A stretch of 63,596 nucleotides of DNA, the filler included, from Choristocarpus tenellus KU-1152 (lineage: Eukaryota; Protista; Phaeophyceae), in NCBI GenBank assembly GCA_964200185.2. It is 9 parts of 9 records of this genome, joined end to end, with 100 filler letters (N's around TTAATTAATTAA, not from the genome) between each part and the next. Parts side by side here need not be neighbours in the genome. Positions count along the whole stretch, not along the records: positions 10,185 to 19,633 come from CAXNAD020003667.1; positions 19,734 to 22,307 come from CAXNAD020026641.1; positions 22,408 to 34,829 come from CAXNAD020001844.1; 6 more parts are not named here. One strand, 5' to 3'. Each line of letters begins with the position of its first letter. Within the stretch, counting starts at the first letter, position 1. Under the pieces are notes generated by a model, which was not told the DNA's origin, did no database searches, and saw only the letters and a list, made by a program, of their open reading frames with translations. Both the position numbers and the translations under genes were made by a program. Positions 11,447 to 22,856 of the stretch are shown here, piece after piece.

Positions 11447-14400
11447 ATACACTTTAAAGTATGTACAAGCATGCACATAGTCATCCCTTAGCACGCCTGC
11501 AAGCATACGCACTGAGGCAGACACACCTTGTCCCACACTAAAGGGAGCTCCGGCCAGCTCTCTCTCCATCACTCTCATAAGGTCTGATCGAAAATCTTCC
11601 CAGCACATGCACCTCTCCTCCAACATCCTTAATTCTCCCTCTGCCTTCATTGCTGCTTTTAGGAGAGCAATTATCTGTCCAGTTCTCTCACCAGCCCTCA
11701 TCACCTCATCATCTTCAGTTAATGCATCTTCTTCATACCATGCCAACACCTCCTTCCAAGAATAAGCCTCCAAGGACCGAGAAGGAAACAAGCGCACCCG
11801 GTGCACCTGACCATTGTGGGGAGGTGAGGACAAGAGTGGTGAGAACAAAGAAATCACCTTGACATATTGTGTGTGTGATGGTGAAGTGTGTGTATGTATG
11901 GACAGAGGAGTACTTTCATTAGCTCTACTATGATAGAAGTACAAGAGTGGTTTCATGCTCGAGTATGTTCACCGTCTGTAGGTGTACGTTTGAATTTTAC
12001 GGGAAAGGGGTCTTTGTTTGCATGGGCATGGTTTCGGATGTGAGCATTGGTCGGGGAGTGGGCATAGGGGTTAATCCACCAGTGGTATTTCAGTAAGTGA
12101 TTGAAGTGGGTGAACTGTAGGGTAGGACGTAGGTGGAATATTAGGGGGGAGTTCAGGTAGAGAACGGAAGGGCAACAAGGGAAGCCCTGAAGATAGTAAA
12201 CAAGATAGTTCTAAGGAGTCTCAAACAAGGGGTGCTGTAGCTGCACCAAGATTTTTTACTATGAAGTTGTTAATGATTGCAGTCTCACGTAGTGCCTGCA
12301 CGTACTGGCTATATTGAAACAGTAATTTTTCTGAGGAGAGAACTTGGAGAAATCCAGGCGTGGACAAGAACATACTTCTGAGTACATCTTCAAGACAATA
12401 ACAGAAAAGTCATTCCAAGCTACCTGAGTAACAACATATTGATTGGGGGCTATTTCACAGGGCTGGGCGCTCAAGACAATGCGGACTCTGGAGTGATAGT
12501 GCTAATCTGGAATATCCTGCAGTAACAAGGTGGGGGTGGAGGCCACCTACTTGCCTTTGTTAGAGGTGGGGGAGATAGGGGATGAAGGGGTACTGGGAAC
12601 AGGTATGGTGTTGGTAGCCAGGCCAGTATCTGTGTTGCCAGTGCACGGCGGGACTGCAGTAGTGCCTCCACCCTGCGGTGACGAAAATCCTGGCGTTGTA
12701 GTGCCTTTTCGTCATTGTACCAGTTCTTCTCACAGAAACATTCACAAAAAAAAAAGAGGAGGTACAAACGAGAGAATGAAGGATACATGTACAAAGCACT
12801 TCGAAGTATAGTACTAGGGTGGGTGCAGCAAATTGGTGGATAGTGAGCTACATCAGTGCCTTGGTACGAATACCTTCAATTGGATATGCTACCACGGTCC
12901 CTGTTGTTTAATAATCCACAAGGGATAGGGGGGTCAGCAGAGTAAACAAGGAACAGGTGACTGCATCCCTTGTACGCTGATTACGTGCTTGCTCAAAGGC
13001 CTCACCATAACGACCTTGAAGTCATAAATATATATATATATATATGTATATGCTTGTTCAAGACATGAGGAATCCATTTGTTCGTAAGGCTTGGCATCTT
13101 CCCCTTTTCTTCATTCTATTGTTCTTATGCCACATCCACCCCCCTCTGTTTGTTTCTCTATTTTGTGTGCTAATTGCCATTGCCCCCCCATCACCAGAAA
13201 GCACACTCACCAGAAATTTGTCCACAGCAATTTGTGCTGGGTCCATGTCATTTGCCTGCATAACCTCCCTGATGCCCAAGTCCTTTAAAGCAGCCTCACA
13301 CTCACTGTCCAAGAATAACCGTCGATGAGGAGGAATGACTCCAGTGGAGCTCACAGGGTTGAACCATTGAGCAAATGCCTTCCACCTAATAATATGTGCA
13401 CAACCAAAGTAAACATGGTAGTGGAGGTTTGGTATCACTGTATTCTTGGGGGAGGCGAGTGGGCATGGGGATGAATGGAGCGAGGGCATGGGATGGGTAT
13501 ATGGGTATCTCTATTTGTGGAATACACAAAGGAAATTGTGCATTGAAGAATGGTTCGACAGCAATTTCTTTAATAAATGGAAGGGGAAAGGAGGAAAATA
13601 CGTCGTACTTTAGGATAGGGGAGGAAGATGCATTTGCTCTAGTACTTCTCGAAGCAGTATGCTGTACAACTTTGCACACAGTGAGAATATTTGCTCAATA
13701 CCTCATAGTCCTCCTATGTCGTTCTCTGCAATGCTTTTTTGAGTGATCCATTCATGATTGGCTTGCCCTACCTCAGTATGTCCTGTCCTGTCCATCGCGT
13801 AAACTGCATATTGCTACATTTTTCCTGTTTGGTATCAGGCCAAGAAAAGTATGGGATAAAATGCAACTTTGCCATACCTTGATCTCACCACAATCTTACC
13901 TGCGCTTGCGATGAGATAGCATTGAGGAAGAATCCTCTGGGTCTGGCACTCCCACTCCCTCAATTGTGGCCAGGTGTAGCACACCTGGGTGCACACAGGC
14001 GAGCTGCAGCTCTAGTACACTCTCCTCTTCTACTCGGGGTGCCCATGCAACGTATGAGTTGCCACTAGGAGAGATATCATCGGACACCTAATATTCAGGT
14101 TAGGGTTGAAGGCTTTTTTTTTTGTGGGGTGATTTCCAGGTTAGTCGGAAGTATACAGTGCCAATGTTGACAAGATAACTCAAAGCATGGTATACAAGGG
14201 TGCCACACACGTGTACAATACAGTCACTGGAGGGTTTTTTCCAGTCACTCTTCCTCCCACTCAGAAGTGAATATAACCTCATGTACTGAAAGACCTGTCC
14301 TTCTCTGCAGGTGCTCTTCCAACTAGCATACAATAAATCATCCCCCCTTTGCCATGTAAAGAAAACATTCACATCGTGACAATAGCTTCCCATCTTATTC

Positions 14401-17400
14401 TTCAACCATGGCCAAACCAAAGGTGGAATTTTGTGATGATTTCCCTTGTCGCTACAGTACCCCATGAAGTTAACCTGTATGTGCAGATGCAACCCATGCG
14501 GAAGTCAACCAGGGGAAAATACTTACATCACTGATGTCTGAAGAATGGTGCCTGAAGAGGATCGGGTCGGGTTTTTCAGGATCAAAGGCGGCTGGGTCAA
14601 ATCTATCAAATACTCCGATTGTTATCACCTAGGATGTTATGTATTGATAGAGGTATAGGTAGGTTCAACAGGGGCGGAAGAAACGGGGGTCGAACAAGGG
14701 AAACAGTATGATCTCCGAGGTCATATAGTGCTACTTACCACCCCAAATTAGTTTGTACCGATACATTACAATCATAATTGAAACAAAATACAGTCTGAGC
14801 ATGCGTAATTCAAGCCTGGACAAATGGCCAGCAGTAGTTCAATATGTTTGAAGGTTATCACTATAAGCATGTCGTTTTTGGGATCAATTATGTACAAAGG
14901 GATTTTTCTCGTACACCTCAGAAACGTTACCCTCTGTACCCAGTCCAGGCCCTCTAAATTGTCATTGACATCTTCCCTTGGCTCAGAGTATCTGGGAGGG
15001 GGTGGCGGACGTCCATTTGGGGTCATTTCCTTCATCTTGCAATTTTTGGGGGATTTGGTTGCATACGTTGGATGTATAATGTAAGTGTGCTTTTCCTGGT
15101 TTTGACCCAAAAGGACACCCTGGTGCAGATCCCCCCCCCCCTCCTCAGATACTTTGGGTCCTTTCTTCTTCACACACACACACCCTCATTTCCCCCAATT
15201 CATGTATTCGTTCCCCTCCCTACTATACTGCTTCTCTCCACCTTGCTCCTTCCTTCCCTCTCCTCCAACCTCAGACCTTGGCACCATCAGGGTAGTTCCT
15301 TACGATGAGTGACAATAAATATGCACTCATAGATACTCACATCCTCTGGTTGCAGTGAGCTAAGGGACCCTCTCCTCTGCAGTACTTCTTCTGCCTTCCC
15401 TGACAATTCTAGCAGTTCATCAATCTTCTTCACCGCCATCTCACGTTCCACCTCACTGAGCCTTCTTCGCCTCTGCCGCCCTGAACCCTTCTTGCTCCCA
15501 GTGCTTGCTTGTATTGGTTGCTTCTGTGATACGACTCCAGGGGCTCCTCTCGCTGAACGTTTTGCCTTCACATCCTCACGCTTGGCATTGAGGAGTTGCC
15601 CCACCTTGCACGTCCCAGTATACACATGAAAATATTGTTTGGACATAACGGAGAAGGGAGTGATGGAAAGAACTTACGGTTAGCCTCGTCATACCTATGT
15701 TTTGGGGAAGTAAGGGTGTACATTCTCATCAATGAACACACTGTGCTATCCTCAACCTCCACCCTGCCCTCGTTGGCACAACTTTCCAGACTTCAAGAGA
15801 CATGAATTGTTCGTTTTGATTTATGCGGCAAGGACAGTTTGGATGCGTAGCCACTAGAAGGAGTGACACTTGTATTCCTCTTGAGTTCTCAGCTACTGTC
15901 GTCATTATTACTGATTTAACTATTGGATACTTTCAATCCTTCACTGGGAAAAATTGATCCTGTATAATGGTCAGAGAGTGCATGAGGCTATATAGGATCT
16001 AGACACGGTACTGCCACAATGGCTACGGTAGGGAATAGGGAGGGGCTTGGTTTACAAATAGTTGATCAGAAGGTGAGTGTGTATCATTTCTAACCCATCC
16101 CTGGTACCTTGCTCAAGGCCACTTCTGCTTTTTTCGTCTGCGCCTCAAGGAAACGGGAACGGGTTTCCACACGAAGCCGTTTTGCTGTAGTCAGCTTATC
16201 ACCATGCTCATCAGGCAATGCCGCCACATCAACACCATCACTCCCCTTTACAAGTCCTTCGCGTGTCCCCACAGTCACTTCTATTGCACCCTCCCACCTG
16301 CTGCAAACTTTTAGATCTTCCCCACATGAGCTAGCAAGGTTCTCGAACTTGTTTTTCTTTTCAATGCCGATGACATTTACTATATCATCACTCCTTGTTC
16401 CTCCATTTTCCTCTCCCCCCGCCATACATGCAGGCGCTGTTCCCTGGCTATTCATCTTCTCTGATGCCTGATCTGCATCGATCTTTGGCCGAGGAATTGT
16501 CCCTCCAACATCCGCAGCTACAAGCACAAGAGAGTGCACAACAGGTTCTGGAAGTTGGAGCTGAACACTTGCTCTGATTTCCTCCTCTTGACTCACACCA
16601 GTCCCTCCCTCTCCCACCTCCCTTATCATCACCCCTAATGATGACTCCTCCCCATCTTCTTTCTCCTTGCTCTCTCCCTCTCCCTTACCTCTTTCCTCCA
16701 TTCCCACCTCAAGTTGCAAACGTGTCGTCCCTGTTACCCCCAATTCCTCATCTACCCCCAATATTTGAACCTCCACCCCAATTCTTGTATTCAGGGTCTG
16801 GGATGGGAGCACTTCATCAGGGGGCGCGACAGATGCCAATTTTGGTGTGAGGGGTTGGCCAAGCGATAATGGTGAAGGGGGGGGGCGAAGAAGTGCTGCA
16901 GCAATGGTGGCTTCAGGGGTCTGATCAAAGGTGCGCCCGCCACGATACCAGGACCGGAAGGCCTTCCACCGATGCGTGGCCAAAGCCTGTGAGGTGTCGG
17001 CAAAATCCTTATGCCCTGCGGCCACATCCTCTGCCACGAGCCAATCGCCTTCCAACAGCTGAACATTCATCCTAGCAGCTTCTTCGAGTATCTATATGGT
17101 TGAGTGGGAGTGGTGTCAGAGGTTCTTTGTGAAGACAAAAATTCAGTTGGAGGTGAAAGTTTCATGTTGAGATTTGTTGTTAGAATCCACTTAGTATGAG
17201 GGGGAAGGAGTCAGTTATGTTAAATATAGGAATAGGGCTAGACTTGAAGATAGGGTAACCTTTTATTCATGTTTCTTGTGATCTTGACGTCCAATGGTGT
17301 GTCACCATCATACTTCAGCTTTCATATTTGACATAATATGACCTTGGCATTCTGTCTGGGACGTTGTGAATGAAGTAGTGCAATATCTTGTCCACTTGTG

Positions 17401-19280
17401 CTGGGTGCATTTGTTTATTGCCTGTAGAGCCATCAAGTGTTGACGCATCTCTGCCCTGAGACAAGACTGGAAAGTGAGTTTTATGTTTTCGATCATGTGA
17501 TGGCCTTAAGGCTAGGTCTACCCTATTTCCAGGCAATGCCCTATTCGTATGATTCCTTGAAAAGGGCATTGCCTGATTGAAAGGATCCCCTTAGGTGGAA
17601 CATGTAGGGATGTACCTGTGTGGTAACACTGTTGTGGAGTCATTACCGCTTAATGGGTGTTTTGTGATCACGTCAGAAAGGTGCTATCATTTGGTGGAGG
17701 AAAGGCTCAAAGTATCTGGGAGGGGGTGGCGGCTGTCCATTTGGGGGCAATTTTTTCATATCACGATTTTTGGGTGATTTGGCTCCATACGTCGGATGGA
17801 TAATGCAAATGCACTTTTCCCGATTTTGATCCAAAATGGACACCCTCGGGTAGACCCCCTCCACCCCCTCAGAGAGTTTGGGTCAAAGCATAATGCCAAA
17901 TTGAAATAATTGCCATCCCACACAGAATAGTCCAGAATAAGGTACTGGGAAAGGATAGGCCTGGGGTGACATGTGTCACATTTGTATTGAGTCTAAGTAA
18001 ACGAGAGGTACCCAGAATTGCATTTTAAGGTTCTGACAAATGTGTGCAAAAATCTTCTTTTTTTAAATCAAATATTTGTAGGAACTTTGCATAATTCTGT
18101 CGAAAATTTTGAAACAATTGAGAAATCAACCGTCTAAGGTCGGACTTAGGTAGCCGTCCATAGAAATATGGGTGAATTGAAAAAGATAAAAAATACTGAC
18201 ATAAAAAGCAAAACAGCCAAAACCCGAGTACCTCTTGTTTAATCTGGGTCATTGCACAGTGCAATACTTCAAAGTACTGAGGAAAAAGATCAACTATGGC
18301 AACGAAAATTTCATCCTGTATTTATAGCCATGGGAAGAATTATGAAAAGGTGTGCCTCACCCAACGGATTATATACACCACCAGAAGCTAAAGATATGCA
18401 CACTCTAGAGAGTTAGAGGAGACAAGTCGAGCCCTACAGCTCTCACCTCGGGCTGTTGTGCAGCAAAAATGCACTCCCTCAACAGGAAGTCCCTTCTAGC
18501 CTGTCCAAACTCCCTGCCTCCAGCACCACCAGCCCCAGCCCACCACCGTTTGAATGATCGCCACGTTATTTTTGCCACTGGGTCTATTTCCACCCTCCTC
18601 AGGTCTTCAGGCCTTGGAAGGTCGATGTTTGCTTCCAGGGCAGCCTTCACAACGAGGGGATCTCTCAGGGCTGCCAGTGCCTCTGCCAGTTTTCCATCCT
18701 CCTGCAGTTCCTCCCAGGGGAGGTCAAGGTCCTCTTCTGACTCTTTGGCAGTCCGGATTCGTTTCCGTACTGTCACAGCAACCTCTGCACTGGACATTCC
18801 AGACGATTCTCCCGCCTTCTTGCCTTGAGGATGCTCTGCATATGCGTAGAGGTCATATTCTGTATCAGCGGTGATAGTTGAACCTTCCAGGACAACAAAG
18901 GTTGTGATGCTGGGATTGGTCACTGATGCTGAGCCCCAAGCACTCAGTGAACTTTCTAGCTGGGACTCTTTCCCAATGCCATCTTGAGTCATGCCCTTGG
19001 TCTCTAACAGGTTTCTAGCCAGGGGGCCATTCCCTGCCTGAGTGTCAGCTCCCGGCCTTGTGGTTTCATAACCAATTCCTTCGCCGTCTATTGTAGATGA
19101 AATCTTGCAAACTTTGTGGAAGGATTCAGCTCTCGGTGGAGGAGAATCTGCAGGCACAAGTGCAACAACTACGACACCTTTCTTTGTGATCTTGGCTGAT
19201 ACCGTTATCCCATTGCAGGTTGCAGAAACCATTCGGAGTTGTTCCACCAAGGGGGGTGCACACATGGCGTCGATGGTAGC
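11447..19280 (-). CDS. Large multi-exon protein of unknown function with an internal W-x-x-F-x-x-W repeat (partial)
   Basis: Phase-compatible exons 19280-18447, 17091-16108, 15604-15341, 14628-14527, 14087-13900, 13385-13211, 12725-12555, 11806-about 11450. Long ORFs are flanked by splice signals. No family recognised. Confidence 0.72.
14980..15160. mobile_element. MITE family A copy, TSD CTT
   Basis: ctt|GGCTCAGAGTATCT ... AGATACTTTGGGTC|ctt; intronic. Confidence 0.88.
17704..17884. mobile_element. MITE family A copy, TSD AAA
   Basis: aaa|GGCTCAAAGTATCT ... AGAGAGTTTGGGTC|aaa. Confidence 0.88.
17989..18250. mobile_element. MITE family C copy (about 265 bp), TSD ATT
   Basis: att|GAGTCTAAGTAAACGAGAGGTAC ... 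GTACCTCTTGTTTAATCTGGGTC|att; interior homologous to 46977-47244, 19323-19565, about 49895-50175 (reverse) and about 20-230 (reverse). Confidence 0.82.
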
Positions 19281-19322
19281 CTTTGAGAGTATTTGTAGGA
19301 AAAGAGGGTGCAGAATTGTTGT

Positions 19323-19565
19323 GAGTCAAAGTTGAACTTTAAGGATGCTGACAAATATGTGCAAAATTCGATTTTCTTTATATAGATGTGTATAGGACCA
19401 TTTGTGAGTTGTGTCAGATATTTTTCAAACAACAGAGTAATAAATGCTATTAAGTCAAACTTAGAACATTGTCCATAGAAACATGGGTGAATTGCAAAAG
19501 ATTTAAAAACAGACTTGAAATGCAAACGGCCTGAACCTGGGAGTACCTCTCGTTTACTGTGGATC
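19323..19565. mobile_element. MITE family C copy
   Basis: Shares TTTAAGGATGCTGACAAATATGTGCAAAA, CCATAGAAACATGGGTGAATTG and GTACCTCTCGTTTAC with other family C copies. Confidence 0.78.
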
Positions 19566-19733
19566 AGTGTTGGTTGGAAAGGCGCAAGGAGGTAGGCTCA
19601 AAGTATCTGGGGGGGGGGGGGGGGCGGCCCTTTNNNNNNNNNNNNNNNNNNNNNNNNNNNNNNNNNNNNNNNNNNNNTTAATTAATTAANNNNNNNNNNN
19701 NNNNNNNNNNNNNNNNNNNNNNNNNNNNNNNNN

Positions 19734-22270
19734 CTTCGACGCCATAAGAGCCCCTAAATGAAGAGAAGGCGGGAGCGAGCGCGTGGGTCTGGCATGTGTC
19801 AAACTTGACCGTGATAGAACACAAGTACGGTGTCGTTGGGCGTCATGAAATCGCATACCACTAACATGATAATAGTACAACGAGTGTGGAACGCAAGCCA
19901 AATAACAAATGCAAAAATGCAAACAATAGGAAATTCTGTAATAGAAGGAAAGATGACAAAAATAATGTAGTGAAGACAAGTAACACCAGCATGCGATTCG
20001 CGGACAATCAAACAAAGAACTACAAAGGACCCGGGGGGAAAGAGCAAAAGACACAAAAGGAAATACAAGGTACGAAGAAGATGAAACAACATGGGGAAAG
20101 CAAAAAAGAAAGACACACGACATAATCCGCATCTCCTGAACGGCCGCCACCTTTTCCGATGGACACAAGGGCGGACTGATAATGGCCATGGCTGATTGCA
20201 ATAGTCTCCCGCAATACACCCCGTATTTCAGCGTTGGCAAACTCTGCAACTCACCGTGTAGGCAATGTGACTGCACGGACCACGGGTGGCAAAAATAGCG
20301 CGATGGTGCCTTGAGGATGTATCTTCACCTGCAAGCACTTCATCACCTGGCGCAAGTGGGTGTTGGTCGCCTCTTTGTCGTTGAGGAGTCTTGGCTTGGC
20401 GGCGATGGACACTATGGCGAGCTTTGGCGCGTTGCAGAAGGCGAACTCTTTCAGGCCGTCTAAGGGTAGCGTCGGATCGAGAGGGCGAAGGTCGTGTAGT
20501 GCAGTGTTCTCAGCCCTGGTTGGACATCATGACACATGACACAGTACACAGACAGCACGACGAGAAGGACAGCATCGTAAACACTGGTGCAGGCAATCGT
20601 ATCATTAAGTGAGGTCCTGACAATATTTCCCAGGCATCCCCAAAACGTTAAGCCGTACCCTCCACAATGCCAGACCCATCAGATACATCTCGTGCAAGGA
20701 GGGGAGACGTCAAACAGGTACGTTCCATGGCCCATGGAAACCTCCAAAAAAACGCCATACCGAACACACAAAGGATGAGCAATCCACATGATGTACAACC
20801 AGCCAAGACCCACGTGCAAACCAATGCGAAACCGAATGCGCAGAGACCACTTGTATATCCGTATAATTTGTAACCATGCCGAGACTCACATGCACTTCTC
20901 CATGTCCGCCGTTTTGCTGCGTGAGGGGGGACATAAAAGGCTTTGCCTGCTGGGTGACTCGCCCGCGCTCCTTGCGTTACCCTTACCCTTACCCTTACCC
21001 TCGCCCCTGCCCTGACCCGCCGCTTCGTTCCCCATCGGTCCAGTCCCTCACTGCCCTTCTGTGCCACGGGGCGATAGATACACAATCGACCCTTGTGCCT
21101 CTCGTTGCCCATAATCTCCACGTTGGCACATTCACCCATGTGCGTGATGGAGCACTTTGGGCAGGAATACCTGTTGCGCGTGGCATTGAACGAGAGCGTC
21201 AAACAGACAGAATAGCATTTTTCCAAATAATTAATTGGGCGCAACAACGCAATGCGGGGATCCACGGCTACGAAGGACAAAGAAATTGGCGGCACAAAAC
21301 AATACGAAGTACAGGTGAGATACAACAGTCGGTTGCGACATGCACTAACACACTCAGGCTGTGGCAAACAAAGAGACCTGGGGGTAGCGATCGCAGTGCC
21401 ACACACAGAGGGACCCGGCAAGATCTACCGGTGTGGTGGCGTGCACTGCTGAAGCAAGACAACCTAGTTAGCCATTCGGGGGATTGGATGAAAACCAATC
21501 TTACGCCATTAATTACCCACCATCCGTGTGTGCACCATTACAACTACATTACTCACCGAGACGTAGGTGGAGGATTGCATTCAGTATAGCAAACGCCCGC
21601 ATTCCACCCTCCATGGCCGTTTTGTTCTTCTTCCGCACCAGGAACGTTGTCGACAGAACCCCCCTCGCCCGTATCCTCCCTGCCTGGCAGTCCGTCCCCT
21701 CCCTCGTCTTCGTCCCCTCCTTCGTGTTCGCACCCTCCCTCTTCTCCGTCCCCTCCTTTGTGTTCGCACCCTCCCTCGTCTTCTTTCTGACCGCTATCTG
21801 ATGCCGATCCGTTGTTGCTCTCGACATCTGCGCCGCCACCATCACCGCCCCGCCCGCTGTGAACCTGATGGAGGTTGACCTGGTTGAGGACATCCTGGTA
21901 TTTCCCATCCCAGGTGGTGAGGTACGCATAGAGTTGAGTCCTTCTCGAGAATCTGGTGGTGGACACGGCGGAGAGCGTTGTTGGGGAGAGGAGGGAACGA
22001 TGGTGACGTGAAAAATGGGAGAGTGTAATGGAAGAACGATAGCATGTCAATCGAACAGAGCAAACGATACGGTTGACGTGGTGAACGCGTCTAATGGAGG
22101 CGGCTTGAGGGGCGAAATAGTTTGAAAGAAGTCAATGTCGAGGACGCCAGCCCGTCTGTAGGTTACAACAGTGACACGTGTTGGAGGCAGAAACGAGGTG
22201 CAGATAGACCAAGATCTTGCCCAGAGTTGAAGGCAACGGTTGGCTATTCCCGCTACTAGCAATGAAAGCC
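19734..22270 (-). pseudogene. Frameshifted paralogue of the PHD/MTase-like gene at 57570-60555
   Basis: Colinear homology through exons and introns (TTWDGKYQDVLNQVNLHQVHSG, YSCPKCSITHMG, APKLAIVSIAA.PRLL). Apparent 2-nt deletions lie near 21925 and 20290 relative to the other copy. Zinc ligands are lost (CYTEC, CIYR). Confidence 0.75.
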
Positions 22271-22667
22271 GAGATCTGATAAAACAGCATCGTTTGTTGT
22301 AGGGAAGNNNNNNNNNNNNNNNNNNNNNNNNNNNNNNNNNNNNNNNNNNNNTTAATTAATTAANNNNNNNNNNNNNNNNNNNNNNNNNNNNNNNNNNNNN
22401 NNNNNNNGGGGGGGGAGTCTATGAAAGAGGCTCATGCCCGGTGTCAATTGGCTGTCAGATAGCTGGGGAGATGCTTAAGAGTGCATTTTTTATGATCAAG
22501 CAGAACTGCAGAGCTAGCATTGGGCAAGGTCGAAATAAGAACTCGAAGTTTCAACATAAAATCAACTTTTGAATCGTCTCTTCTACTCCTCCACTGTCAA
22601 GAGCTTGACAATGCTGTTACTGCTTTAGTCAAGTGGTCCAATTCTTTTTCTTCTTTTGTAATAATTA

Positions 22668-22856
22668 GGCTCAAAGTATCTGGGGGTGGGGGGGGGGGGC
22701 TGCGGCTGTCCGTTTGGAACCGATTTTTCCATGTCACAATGTTTGGGTGACTTGGTTTCATGCGTCAGATGAAAAGTGTAAGTGCACTTCTCCTGGTCAG
22801 GGCCCAAATGGACACCCTGGTGTAGTCCTCCCCACCCTTCCCAGATACTTTGACCC
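22668..22856. mobile_element. MITE family A copy
   Basis: tta|GGCTCAAAGTATCT ... AGATACTTTGACCC|tca (imperfect TSD). Confidence 0.85.

Noticed and set aside
20648-21589. 257-aa and 237-aa ORFs suggesting an intronless viral insert
   Set aside because: They cross exon-intron boundaries of the spliced PHD/MTase-like pseudogene. No viral hallmark genes were recognised.
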